From positions 128,001 through 192,000 of the IMG/VR virus record IMGVR_UViG_3300028832_000095: 64,000 bases of DNA. One strand, written 5' to 3'. This document shows positions 9,206-19,057 of the stretch, one piece after another. The DNA comes from a virus. Lineage: Duplodnaviria; Caudoviricetes. The translations under genes and the position numbers were made by a program. The notes under the pieces were generated by a model. It was given only the letters and a program-made list of their open reading frames with translations. It made no database searches and was not told the origin of the DNA. Positions within the stretch are counted from its first letter, which is position 1. Every line of letters begins with the position of its first letter.

Positions 9206-9901
9206 GTGAGTTTTCAAGTGTTTTATTATGCAGTCCGAAACGGACGAAGAACAGGAGTTTTCACAACATGGAAAGAGTGTGAGGAATCTGTTAAAGGTTA
9301 TTCTGGATCTATCTTTAAGAAGTTCACAGATTCAGAATCAGCATGGAACTTTGTAAATAATGTTCCCGAAAAACCTTCTCACAATACAGATGTTCCTACA
9401 TTTACAGAAACAGGATCAGATTGCTATTGTTTTGTTGACGGTTCATTTAATGCTGATACTGGTTTCTATGGATATGGTGGTGTTTTGTTTGATGGAACTA
9501 AATACCATCTTATTCAGGGAAGTGGTAATGATGTTGACATGGCTTCTATGCGCAATGTAGCAGGAGAAGTTATGGGAACAATGGAAGCATTAAAATGTGC
9601 ATCCAGTATTGGCATCAAGGATATCACCATATACTATGACTATCAAGGAATAAGAGCATGGGCAGATAAATCTTGGAAAGCTAAAAGAGAAGGAACTGTT
9701 GCCTATGTTCAATTTATTCGTGGACTGAATATGAATCTAAACTTTCAAAAAGTAGAAGCACATACCGGAGTTATAGGGAATGAATACGCTGATGTTATTG
9801 CAAAGAAAGCTGCTGCGATCAATCTAACAAGAGCACAGAGACTTCTTTATTTTGATGCCTTAAAACTTTGTGGACTTACAGTTACGGAGGAAGAAGAATG
9901 A
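9206..9901 (+). CDS. rnhA: Ribonuclease HI with N-terminal hybrid-binding (Cauli_VI) domain
   Basis: YYAVRNGRRTGVFTTWKEC; FVDGS; RNVAGE; YYDYQGI; KVEAHTG..GNEYAD. Confidence 0.9.
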   Translation: MSFQVFYYAVRNGRRTGVFTTWKECEESVKGYSGSIFKKFTDSESAWNFVNNVPEKPSHNTDVPTFTETGSDCYCFVDGSFNADTGFYGYGGVLFDGTKYHLIQGSGNDVDMASMRNVAGEVMGTMEALKCASSIGIKDITIYYDYQGIRAWADKSWKAKREGTVAYVQFIRGLNMNLNFQKVEAHTGVIGNEYADVIAKKAAAINLTRAQRLLYFDALKLCGLTVTEEEE

Positions 9902-10473
9902 TAAAGAATATCCTTTATTGGATTACAATCACTGCTTGTATGTGTGGACTTCTTATCTTAGGATTTTTGGTAGGAGTGACATATAAGAACTATGAACATA
10001 TAGATAACTTTGAATCAAGTTTTGAACAATCAAGTGAAAGCTATATTAAAACAGAAGATATGACAAAAAACGATAATTTTGAATGTGTTCAAGCATTTAC
10101 TTTTTCCGAAATACCTCATATGGATTTATTTGGAGTGGATACGTTAAAATCTGAAACCGCTACACCAACAAGTATTCGTTTTATATGTGATGAAGGAACA
10201 TTTATTGTGTATAAAGCATTTTGTGTTGTTGATTCTGATGGGTACATTGTTTCAGAATATAGTTCAGTTGCTCAGTTTATAGATACATATGGGAATAAAA
10301 CAACAATAGGTGAAGATAGTTTTAATGATGTTGTTATTGTTCCAAAAAACGAACAATTTAATCTTGGTGATAGAACATTTCTCGCACACAATGGTTGGTA
10401 CATTATATATAATGGAAATTATTATAGAATAAATAAAATTGAATCTGTGGATTATAGATATTGGGAGGATTGA
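9868..10473 (+). CDS. Membrane-anchored hypothetical protein
   Basis: N-terminal TM helix; probable start ATG 9898. Confidence 0.55.
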   Translation: MWTYSYGGRRMIKNILYWITITACMCGLLILGFLVGVTYKNYEHIDNFESSFEQSSESYIKTEDMTKNDNFECVQAFTFSEIPHMDLFGVDTLKSETATPTSIRFICDEGTFIVYKAFCVVDSDGYIVSEYSSVAQFIDTYGNKTTIGEDSFNDVVIVPKNEQFNLGDRTFLAHNGWYIIYNGNYYRINKIESVDYRYWED

Positions 10474-10477
10474 TATT

Positions 10478-11500
10478 ATGACCAGACAAGGATTTGAACT
10501 ATGGTGCAAAAAGATGTTTGATAACTTTTCATATGAGTATAAAACATCTACAGAAAGATTGAAAGAGATGATTGTAAATAATACAAACAACTATGATCGA
10601 AGAATGATTCTGAGAACATTGGATGATGGAACTCATAGTCCATTTGTTATAGCTATTGACATTAAACACGGTGATATTAGGATCACAAATGTAAAGACAG
10701 GTAAAACAGGAAAAGCCCATTGTCATCCAAAGGAAGAATTTGATCCAATTAAAGGAATTGCTATTGCTTGGGCAAGATATACAAAAACAGATATTCCAGA
10801 AATTACTCCGGAAAAGATTGAATTCCTTGCTCCGAGTGATAAAGCACGCCTAAAAGAACTTGTTTCATCTATAGCAGATTATCACAATTGCACAAAAGAA
10901 AATGTACTCAGTCTGATGTATAAGTATATTTCTGGAATGGTAATTGAAACAGAGGAAAAGAAAGACAGGGATATTTTCACAGTAGATCCAAAGTCATTCA
11001 TCAATACAAAAGAATTCAAGGATGTAATGAAACACAGCAAACACGAATATAAAGACACAGATTTGTTTATATTTAATGTAAAGTTATTGGACAGTTATAT
11101 GGAAGATAATGAATGTCTTTCTTATCATGAGATTGAGGAACTTCATAATAAAAAAGTTTTTAATGGAAAATTGATTTACTATAAAAGTAAACCTGTTGCA
11201 AGAATTTTTCATACACTTTTGATTAGTGACAATGATTATAATCTTAATCCTCAAAGAGAATTAAGAGCATATGCATACACTGTACGTCATGCAGGAAATG
11301 ATGATATTATTGAAAAGATCATATCAGGTAAACTTGATAAATGTTATGTTGTATATACATTTATGAGAAGAATATGTTCCATTTGTGGGGAGAATTATTG
11401 TTCTGCACATAGAAAGGGTGGGACGTATGACGGTAAGGTAGCACAGGACACGATTGAGGAAGTTACTGGTATCCATGATATTTATTTTGTGGAGGATTGA
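10478..11500 (+). CDS. Two-domain protein; C-terminal domain resembles a degenerate Firmicutes prophage prohead protease
   Basis: ARIF...LRAYAY...NDDIIEKIISG...ICSICG..C.AH.KG.TYDGK pattern; N-domain KTGKAHCHP...IAIAWARY. Confidence 0.5.
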   Translation: MTRQGFELWCKKMFDNFSYEYKTSTERLKEMIVNNTNNYDRRMILRTLDDGTHSPFVIAIDIKHGDIRITNVKTGKTGKAHCHPKEEFDPIKGIAIAWARYTKTDIPEITPEKIEFLAPSDKARLKELVSSIADYHNCTKENVLSLMYKYISGMVIETEEKKDRDIFTVDPKSFINTKEFKDVMKHSKHEYKDTDLFIFNVKLLDSYMEDNECLSYHEIEELHNKKVFNGKLIYYKSKPVARIFHTLLISDNDYNLNPQRELRAYAYTVRHAGNDDIIEKIISGKLDKCYVVYTFMRRICSICGENYCSAHRKGGTYDGKVAQDTIEEVTGIHDIYFVED

Positions 11501-12106
11501 TTTATGTCTCTCAGTTATGGAAAAACACTAAAAGATAAAGCTGCTGCATTTTGTGTAAACAAATCTATCGAACTTGAAGATATTGTAGAACAGATGCAAT
11601 CTCTTTATGATGAACTCAGTCCGGAAGATGCGTTGCTTATAGGTCTTACTATGAGATCAGTAGAAAAAGCATCTGAAGCATTACATACAGCCGCAGATAA
11701 ATTATATGAGGATAATTGAATATGAGAATTTTTAGAAAGCTATCAGGTTGGGAATACTCTGTATATGAATATGATAAGTTATTCATATACACAATAACAA
11801 TTAAGAATTCAGGACAGCACCTTGTAATTATAAATACAAATAAAGATGTAGATGGATGTATCTTTATTGGTCTTGACCCTTATATTGATATGGAAAAAAC
11901 ACTTAAAAGATGGATATCATCCGGAGTTATAATGCTTGATGAAGTTTCTTTTTATAGGTGTGTGACATTAGATCCATTAAGAACAGCCGATTATATATAT
12001 CTAATGGATAACGCTCTATATTATATGCAGAGTTGGTTAGAGTTTGACAGGTCGCAAATAACACCCGACAATTTTCAAAAAGAGGTTAGCTCTGAGATTA
12101 AGGAGG

Positions 12107-12436
12107 TTGGTAAGGATGAGAGCATTTGAATCCTATGAACAGGAGTACAAGAAAAACCTAAAATTCACATATCCCGAAGAAATGAAAACAATTATTGATT
12201 ATATAGAAAAGAGTGGTAAATGCAATCTGGATTATAAGAATTTGGAAAAGGCGTGGTATGTTTTCTCAGAAATTTATGATGCTACATTCCTAACTCCTGA
12301 TGATCAATTACTTCATGATTTCGGAGAATGGCTTACAGACTATGATGTAGAGGAAATCCGTAAGATGAATTACTATGGATATATGGAAGACACACCCTAT
12401 GAACCGTGGAAAGATGATTTTGAATATAAGGATTAA
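12107..12436 (+). CDS. Hypothetical acidic protein
   Basis: SD AGGAGG. Confidence 0.55.
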   Translation: MVRMRAFESYEQEYKKNLKFTYPEEMKTIIDYIEKSGKCNLDYKNLEKAWYVFSEIYDATFLTPDDQLLHDFGEWLTDYDVEEIRKMNYYGYMEDTPYEPWKDDFEYKD

Positions 12437-12447
12437 AAATAAACAAA

Positions 12448-12499
12448 AATAGATATCATACATAATGTTAAAAACGTAACTATATGTATGATATCTATT
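12448..12499. repeat. 17-bp perfect inverted repeat upstream of gene 12525
   Basis: AATAGATATCATACATA / TATGTATGATATCTATT. Confidence 0.8.
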
Positions 12500-12524
12500 A
12501 TTTTATAAAGGAGTTGTTTTTTCT

Positions 12525-13319
12525 ATGGTATTATACTATGAGAACATAATTACAGATTTACGCAGAAACAATATTAAGGTGACACAGAAGGTATTTGACT
12601 ATTTGAATGAGTATGTAGATTTACAGAATTCAACAATAGAAAAAATGGAGCCGGAGACATATAGAGATTTGAAAGACAAGAATGTTCTTGTTGTTGACGA
12701 TTCAAATGTTATTGCTGTATATGGGCAAAATAAGTTTATGTATAATCCAAATAAGATAAAGGCTTCTGCTATTCCTGAGTATGATGTTTATGAGGTTATT
12801 CAGGGCGGTGTGAATGTTCAAAATAGGAGAGAACAAAGAAGAGATTACTTAAAAGGATTGTCAAGTACAAAAGATTCTAAATTCAGTAATGTTCCAAGAT
12901 CATCTAATTATATTTGGGATAAAGACTGGAATCCAGAAGTCAATAAGCGTTATTACACAAAGTTATTACAACAGAATCATCTTGGTAAATATGCACAACA
13001 GTTAAATGATGCCTATGATGTTGTTAAAGAACTAATAGATCAACGTAGAGAAAGATTGACTGGTAAGAGGTCTGAGTATGATAGAATCATAACTGATATA
13101 TCTAGGCAAATCAGTCGTATTGAAGATGAAATGGTAGCTGCCGAAAGAGATTTTAGTTTTGATCCAGATAAACTTAAAAAGGAAATTTCAAAACTACCAA
13201 GAATGATTAGCAATGCACAGTTCTTTATTGATACAGAGAATAAGGAATTTGCCATTGCTGCAAGATATAATGGAACAGGTAGACGTAAACCTATTCCATA
13301 TACTAAGATCGAGAAGTGA
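12525..13319 (+). CDS. Hypothetical protein with coiled-coil C-terminus
   Basis: 264-aa ORF, SD AAGGAG. Confidence 0.65.
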   Translation: MVLYYENIITDLRRNNIKVTQKVFDYLNEYVDLQNSTIEKMEPETYRDLKDKNVLVVDDSNVIAVYGQNKFMYNPNKIKASAIPEYDVYEVIQGGVNVQNRREQRRDYLKGLSSTKDSKFSNVPRSSNYIWDKDWNPEVNKRYYTKLLQQNHLGKYAQQLNDAYDVVKELIDQRRERLTGKRSEYDRIITDISRQISRIEDEMVAAERDFSFDPDKLKKEISKLPRMISNAQFFIDTENKEFAIAARYNGTGRRKPIPYTKIEK

Positions 13320-13352
13320 TTAAGTTAAATAAAAAACTTTTTCAAAAAGTCC

Positions 13353-13382
13353 TTGACAAATCTCCTGATAATATGTTATAAT
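13353..13382 (+). promoter_or_regulatory. sigmaA-type early promoter
   Basis: TTGACA-N18-TATAAT, TG extended -10, upstream A-tract. Confidence 0.75.
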
Positions 13383-13420
13383 ATGTTTATAGTATAATGT
13401 GTGATTGGAGGAAATAAGTC

Positions 13421-13813
13421 ATGATTAAGAAGTATATGAATCAACTCTATAAGGAAATCATGTGGTATAAGAAAAAGATTGATAATGGTAAGCTCCAATA
13501 TTTCGGGAAGAAGGATATCGGAGACACTAATTGTTTTACTGTTATTTTGAAAGACGGTTCGTATTTTTATATCAATATTGGAACTGATAAGATTCCGTAT
13601 GTTCAGAAAAGACAAGTAGCGTATATCTTTAAGGAATTGCACAGAAGAGATGACAGACTTAATAAGTGGTATTTGGATTCCATAGATTCTGACCGTGGGT
13701 ACTATTGTTACAAAAAAGAGGATATATACGGACAGAGTAACTATGTGACAGAAAAAATGAAATATTATAAAGTTGACTATAATAAAGAATATGATACTGG
13801 TTGTTGGGATTGA
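13421..13813 (+). CDS. Hypothetical protein, paralogue of 40979 (VILKD family)
   Basis: Shared M...L..E...K..I...YF...VILKD..YF...P...I.K...SD.G. Confidence 0.65.
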   Translation: MIKKYMNQLYKEIMWYKKKIDNGKLQYFGKKDIGDTNCFTVILKDGSYFYINIGTDKIPYVQKRQVAYIFKELHRRDDRLNKWYLDSIDSDRGYYCYKKEDIYGQSNYVTEKMKYYKVDYNKEYDTGCWD

Positions 13814-13870
13814 ACGAAACCTATATTGAATAGATATTAAAAATGAGATTATGAAGAGGAATGATGATTT

Positions 13871-14440
13871 ATGATAACCCTGATGAATGAAGATGTATTA
13901 TTTGAAAAACTAACTGGAAAACAATTCTTCCAATCACTTCTTGAATATCTAACAAAAGATACGATGATTAAATACGCCGATGATTATATTCCTAATTTTG
14001 ATAAATCAAAGAAACAGAAATATGCAAAAGAGTATCCGATCAAAGATATCAAAGATGATATCGCTTCTTTTATAGATGACTGGTTAAGCGAAATAAAGAC
14101 CGAGTGTGACGTTTACTCTATGAAAAATAATCGTAAGTCTGATTCCTATGGATTCTCAAATTATATAACACTATCCTTTAATCGTCCTGCTGATAGAAGA
14201 CTGTATCAGTTCTACAAGGATAACGATGAACTATATAACAATGTGAAATTCCGTTTCTCGGAACACGAATCCAGAAATGATGATTCTGATATTGAGGATT
14301 GGGTAAACTTCACTGGTAAAACATTTAACCAAGCAGCAGAAGAAATGAAGTATAAGATTCAAAACTATGTCGTAGACCTTAGATCAAAAGAAAAGCAATA
14401 TTTGAAGAAACTGGATAAGAAGAATAAGAAAAGATGGTGA
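13871..14440 (+). CDS. Hypothetical protein, paralogue of N-domain of 41698 (SNY...RFSxHE family)
   Basis: GFSNYITLSF...KFRFSEHE vs GLSNYIEVQF...TIRFSDHE. Confidence 0.65.
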   Translation: MITLMNEDVLFEKLTGKQFFQSLLEYLTKDTMIKYADDYIPNFDKSKKQKYAKEYPIKDIKDDIASFIDDWLSEIKTECDVYSMKNNRKSDSYGFSNYITLSFNRPADRRLYQFYKDNDELYNNVKFRFSEHESRNDDSDIEDWVNFTGKTFNQAAEEMKYKIQNYVVDLRSKEKQYLKKLDKKNKKRW

Positions 14441-14446
14441 TTATAT

Positions 14447-14722
14447 ATGATTATTCTTGAGGATGTTGGGGTTAAAGACAACCATATTAAAAAAATATAT
14501 GATATAATCAAACAAAATTTCGATAATAAAAACTATAAGTTCGAGGAAAAAATAGAAGATTATGTTATCTGGTGTGATAACGATAAAGAACGTGCTGTAT
14601 TCATTCAGGCAAAAGATGGTTCATGCTATGGAACTGTCTGTAAGAATGATATTGATACTGGTTCGGAAGCTGATATTTTAGATTATATAAAAGATCAGCT
14701 TAACGATACAAAAGACGATTAA
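14447..14722 (+). CDS. Hypothetical protein
   Basis: ORF in operon; starts MIILED. Confidence 0.55.
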   Translation: MIILEDVGVKDNHIKKIYDIIKQNFDNKNYKFEEKIEDYVIWCDNDKERAVFIQAKDGSCYGTVCKNDIDTGSEADILDYIKDQLNDTKDD

Positions 14723-14740
14723 GGAAGGGAGTTATTTATT

Positions 14741-15034
14741 ATGACTACTACTCACGAATTTGATATTAGAAAAGATTGTTGGGGCGGGGCAGAAGACAGA
14801 ATCAAAGAACTTACAGATGATCAAATTGATGAACTGGAAGCCGTATTAGAGGATTATTTTATTGATGCTGATAATATTCCAAGCGATACAGATGTAAATG
14901 ATTTCATTTGGTTTGAGGAAGAGACATGGAAAGAATGGATCGGACTTGGTGAAACCGATGAAGATGAAGATTTCTATGACGAATACGAAGATGAAGAATT
15001 TGAAGATTTCGATGATGAAGAATTTGAAGATTAA
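14741..15034 (+). CDS. Highly acidic hypothetical protein
   Basis: WGGA...VNDFIWFE plus D/E tail. Confidence 0.6.
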   Translation: MTTTHEFDIRKDCWGGAEDRIKELTDDQIDELEAVLEDYFIDADNIPSDTDVNDFIWFEEETWKEWIGLGETDEDEDFYDEYEDEEFEDFDDEEFED

Positions 15035-15054
15035 ATAATCATAAAACATAGTAT

Positions 15055-15086
15055 AAGGCACATCCTTTATAGGGTGTGCTTTTTTT
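15055..15086 (+). terminator. Intrinsic terminator
   Basis: GGCACATCCT...AGGGTGTGC + T7. Confidence 0.7.
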
Positions 15087-15116
15087 GTTTAATAATAAAA
15101 ATATTTCAAAATCCTA

Positions 15117-15145
15117 TTGACATTTTCTAAGTTTTGTGTTATACT
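15117..15145 (+). promoter_or_regulatory. sigmaA-type early promoter
   Basis: TTGACA-N17-TATACT. Confidence 0.85.
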
Positions 15146-15179
15146 ATAATTACACTATTATATCATGGAGGTTGATATT

Positions 15180-17231
15180 ATGTCCTATTCAAAAACAATC
15201 AATGAACTTGTGGAGTACCTTAATGTATGCCGTGATGCTTATTATAATCTAAATAAACCTATTATTACAGATCAACAATATGACGATTTATTTGACAAAC
15301 TTACAGAACTTGAAAAGGAATCCGGTATTGTTCTAAGCAACTCCCCGACACAGACAGTTGGTTATACTGTTGCATCGGAGTTTAAGAAAGTAAAACATTA
15401 TAAACCACTTCTTTCATTAGATAAAACAAAATCCTACGAAGACATTGTAGCATTTTGTGATTATAGAGATGTTCTGTTCATGCATAAACTAGACGGACTC
15501 ACAATTCAATTGACATATGAAAATGGTGAGTTTGTTCGTGCTGAAACCCGTGGTGATGGTTTTATTGGTGAAGACATTACAGATAATGCAAAAACATTCA
15601 TTGGAGTTCCTAAAACTATTCCGGTAGATGGAACAGTTAGGATCACAGGTGAAGCGATCATCAATAAAAATGATTTTGAATATATCAATAGTAAACTTCC
15701 AGAAGATGAGCAGTATGCCAATCCTAGAAATCTTGCGAGTGGGTCTGTTAGACAACTTGATAGCAAAGTGTGTGCTTCCCGGAAAGTACGATTCATTGTA
15801 TGGAATGCAAATGATCTTTCCTCAGACGGAACAATGCTTAGTGGTATTGTAAAAGCGCATGAATACGGGTTTAACATTGTTCATTTCTGTGAAGCTAATA
15901 AAGTGAATGATACTTCTTATGTTGAAACAGTTTTCAACAATATGAAATCTGCTTCTACAACAAATGGAATTCCTATTGATGGTATCGTTGTAATGTTTAA
16001 TGACATTAGCTATGGTGATCTTCTTGGAAAAACGGCACACCACTTTAAGAACGGTATTGCTTTTAAGTTCTATGATGAAGGATCAATTACAGTTCTTGAA
16101 AACGTAGAATACACAATTGGAAAAACAGGTGTATTGACACCTACTGCTGTATTTAGTCCTGTGGAACTTTGTGGAACAACTGTAACAAGAGCAAGTGTTC
16201 ATAATATCTCAATTCTTAAAAAGTTGAATCTTAAAGTCGGAGATGAAATTGAAGTATATAAAAGTAATGAAATTATCCCCCAGGTAAGATGTAATAATAC
16301 ACTCCACAACAATGAAAAAGAATATACATACACAATTCCAAAGACTTGTCCATATTGTTCGTTCCCAACGGAGATTAAAACAAATAGAGTTAGAATAAAT
16401 AAAGATACTGAAAAAGAAGTATCTGTTCTGATGTGTACTAACCCAAAATGTCAGGGAAGACTTCTTAGAAAGCTCACGGCATTTGTTTCCAAACAAGCAA
16501 TGGATATTAAGGGTTTGTCAGACAAAACACTTGAAAAGTTTATTGAGCTTGGCTATCTGAATACATATGCGGATATTTATACTCTTATGGAAAACTACGC
16601 ACAAGCTATTAGTAAACTTGATGGGTTCGGGGATAAGTCTGTTTCACAATTAAATAAATCTATTGAGGATTCTAAAAATACTACTTTTGACAGAGTTCTT
16701 ACGGCATTGAATATTGATGGTGTTGGCGTAAATGTAGCAAAAACTATTTGTAAATACTTCAACAATAGTGTCGATAAGTTCTTGGAAAGTGTTGAAAATA
16801 AAACCTTGTATGCTTCACTTAATTCAATTAAAGGTCTTGGAGACTTTGTAGCATCCAATGTAGCAGAATATTTCAATGCACAAAGCACATATAATGAGTT
16901 TAAGAACCTTGTTTCTTACCTTACTCTTTATACGGGAGAAACAGTATCCGGAACTAAATTAAGCGGTAAGACATTTGTAATCACAGGTTCTTTGGAGTAT
17001 TATGCTAATAGGGATGAGTTAGTTAAAGAGATTGTTGATAATGGTGGAAATATTGATCCGTCTGTAAAGAAAACAACTTCATATCTTATCAATAATGATG
17101 TGACAAGTAATTCCAGCAAGAATAAGAAAGCAAAGGAACTTGGTGTAGCCATTATTTCCGAAAAAGAATTTATTGATATGCTTGGAAGCACAAAGGATAT
17201 GAAGCCTAAAAAGTCAGGCAAACTGTTCTAA
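15180..17231 (+). CDS. ligA: NAD-dependent DNA ligase
   Basis: KLDG adenylation motif, TRGDG..GEDIT, NPRNLASGS, Zn finger CPYC...CTNPKC, HhH, BRCT (GKTFVITG). Confidence 0.96.
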   Translation: MSYSKTINELVEYLNVCRDAYYNLNKPIITDQQYDDLFDKLTELEKESGIVLSNSPTQTVGYTVASEFKKVKHYKPLLSLDKTKSYEDIVAFCDYRDVLFMHKLDGLTIQLTYENGEFVRAETRGDGFIGEDITDNAKTFIGVPKTIPVDGTVRITGEAIINKNDFEYINSKLPEDEQYANPRNLASGSVRQLDSKVCASRKVRFIVWNANDLSSDGTMLSGIVKAHEYGFNIVHFCEANKVNDTSYVETVFNNMKSASTTNGIPIDGIVVMFNDISYGDLLGKTAHHFKNGIAFKFYDEGSITVLENVEYTIGKTGVLTPTAVFSPVELCGTTVTRASVHNISILKKLNLKVGDEIEVYKSNEIIPQVRCNNTLHNNEKEYTYTIPKTCPYCSFPTEIKTNRVRINKDTEKEVSVLMCTNPKCQGRLLRKLTAFVSKQAMDIKGLSDKTLEKFIELGYLNTYADIYTLMENYAQAISKLDGFGDKSVSQLNKSIEDSKNTTFDRVLTALNIDGVGVNVAKTICKYFNNSVDKFLESVENKTLYASLNSIKGLGDFVASNVAEYFNAQSTYNEFKNLVSYLTLYTGETVSGTKLSGKTFVITGSLEYYANRDELVKEIVDNGGNIDPSVKKTTSYLINNDVTSNSSKNKKAKELGVAIISEKEFIDMLGSTKDMKPKKSGKLF

Positions 17232-17257
17232 GGAGGAATAAGATATGATACTGAACG

Positions 17258-18058
17258 ATGGTATATCAAAAAATTTTGAAGGAAAATACGATTTTTGATT
17301 ATACACAGGATTTAGATACAGATATTTTACATCTATCAACAGATGAGAGTGGTGTTAAAACAGCTAACGGTCTTACATATTTCTACGCATACCAATTCAA
17401 TCCGAAAGCGGATTATAACGAAGTAAAAACATTTAGAAAATTATTCAACTATAATTATAGAGATTCACATTATTTTTATAATGACGATGTTTTTGATTTC
17501 ATTGAGGTTGGAATGCTTCATATGGATCATTTCAAAAAATTAGAATCCTTTGATATTGTGTTCATGACAGATTTTGGAAACGGTACATCTGCAGGAGTTA
17601 TGGCATTGCTAGATAGTATGTTGTTAGAATATACAAATGGATCATTTCTTGATGTAAGACTTGTTAAAAAGACATATGAAAATGTTAAATTTGACAGGGA
17701 TAAAGCTAAACAAGCAATACTAAGTACAAATAAATATTCTAATGAATATCAGGCTGAACGTGCTGTAAGATCTATGGAGGATACATTTAATCAGTTGAAA
17801 ACAAGTGGCGAATTGTTCAAGATGAAAAGATATCTTCCGGCAGCTGGTAGAGTAGGTTTTTACAATTTTCTAAAATTTGATACAGAGGAGCATAAAAGTG
17901 CTTTTATGTCTATGGAAAACGGATCAGAAGCCCTTATATGTGATGATCTAATAACATCAGGTTCTACAATAAAAGAAATAAAAAGATATTTACACTCAAT
18001 AAATCCAAATGTAAATATAACAGTGTTTGTTCTTATAGATCAGATGAGAGAATATTGA
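17258..18058 (+). CDS. Phosphoribosyltransferase-fold protein
   Basis: C-terminal PRPP-binding loop ALICDDLITSGSTI. Confidence 0.7.
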   Translation: MVYQKILKENTIFDYTQDLDTDILHLSTDESGVKTANGLTYFYAYQFNPKADYNEVKTFRKLFNYNYRDSHYFYNDDVFDFIEVGMLHMDHFKKLESFDIVFMTDFGNGTSAGVMALLDSMLLEYTNGSFLDVRLVKKTYENVKFDRDKAKQAILSTNKYSNEYQAERAVRSMEDTFNQLKTSGELFKMKRYLPAAGRVGFYNFLKFDTEEHKSAFMSMENGSEALICDDLITSGSTIKEIKRYLHSINPNVNITVFVLIDQMREY

Positions 18059-18579
18059 TATGGAGGACTAACATGAAAAAATCCAATTTTCAAAAACCTT
18101 TATTCGGTGTTTCGGACAAGAAAGATACTAAGGCAATAGAACAGCCAAAAAGAAGAGGAAGACCGCCGAAGCAGAAACAGGACAAAACACTTAAACAAAA
18201 TACTCCTAAAAAGGATTCTCCTAAAATCGTATCGAAAATAGGAGAAAAGAAAAAATTAGGAGAAAAAATAGTAGAAAAATCTACCCCGCAAAAATCAAAT
18301 GTAAAGGCAAATAAAGGATGGAAAGACTATAACACATCAAAACCAGAACTGATGCATCCTTGTGAATTCTATACTCAGGATGATAAAGGAAAACAATATA
18401 TGTTCTATGGGTATTTGGAATCAGATGGATGGGCGGTTACGGATGATCCATATAAGCTAGTGGTTCTTAGAAAGAAGTTTGGCAATATGTTTTATCGGGA
18501 GCTTCCTTGTAAAGATTTGTCAAACTGTAAAGATAACTTCCCACATTGTAAAACTTGTAAACTAAATAAGGAGAAATGA
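18055..18579 (+). CDS. Basic protein with AT-hook-like motif
   Basis: PKRRGRPPK, Lys-rich N-half, C-terminal Cys cluster. Confidence 0.55.
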   Translation: MIWRTNMKKSNFQKPLFGVSDKKDTKAIEQPKRRGRPPKQKQDKTLKQNTPKKDSPKIVSKIGEKKKLGEKIVEKSTPQKSNVKANKGWKDYNTSKPELMHPCEFYTQDDKGKQYMFYGYLESDGWAVTDDPYKLVVLRKKFGNMFYRELPCKDLSNCKDNFPHCKTCKLNKEK

Positions 18580-19046
18580 TTATGGGGCTTGAAAATTCAA
18601 TTTATCTAACTATAAGAGATAAAGAAACACACATAACGCAATATGAGGTAAGCGTTGCATACTGGCGAAAGTATTTTGGTGTTCGTGATACCCTTCTAAG
18701 ATTGTTTAAGAATGAACGATATTTGATTGAACAGAAGAGTGAATACTTGTTTATTTGTAGTCCAAATATTCTAACAAGTGTTATCTCAGAACTTATGGAA
18801 CATATAGGTACACTTGATTGTGAACTATGGACTAATTCATTCTGGGAGCCTGTAATTTCCCGTGACAGAACAATTCGCAATGTCGCAAATCTGTACGCTC
18901 TGCAAGCATGGATTTATGATCCGGAAAATGATGATGCACTGAATATTTGTAGATATGATACCGATGAAGATATTGGATGGTATGAAACTTATTTGAAAGA
19001 TAAAGATAAATATGAAATACTTATCACATTTGAAGATAGCTATTAA
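18576..19046 (+). CDS. Hypothetical phage protein
   Basis: MGL...VAYWRK motif. Confidence 0.55.
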   Translation: MIMGLENSIYLTIRDKETHITQYEVSVAYWRKYFGVRDTLLRLFKNERYLIEQKSEYLFICSPNILTSVISELMEHIGTLDCELWTNSFWEPVISRDRTIRNVANLYALQAWIYDPENDDALNICRYDTDEDIGWYETYLKDKDKYEILITFEDSY

Positions 19047-19057
19047 AGGAGGTTACA

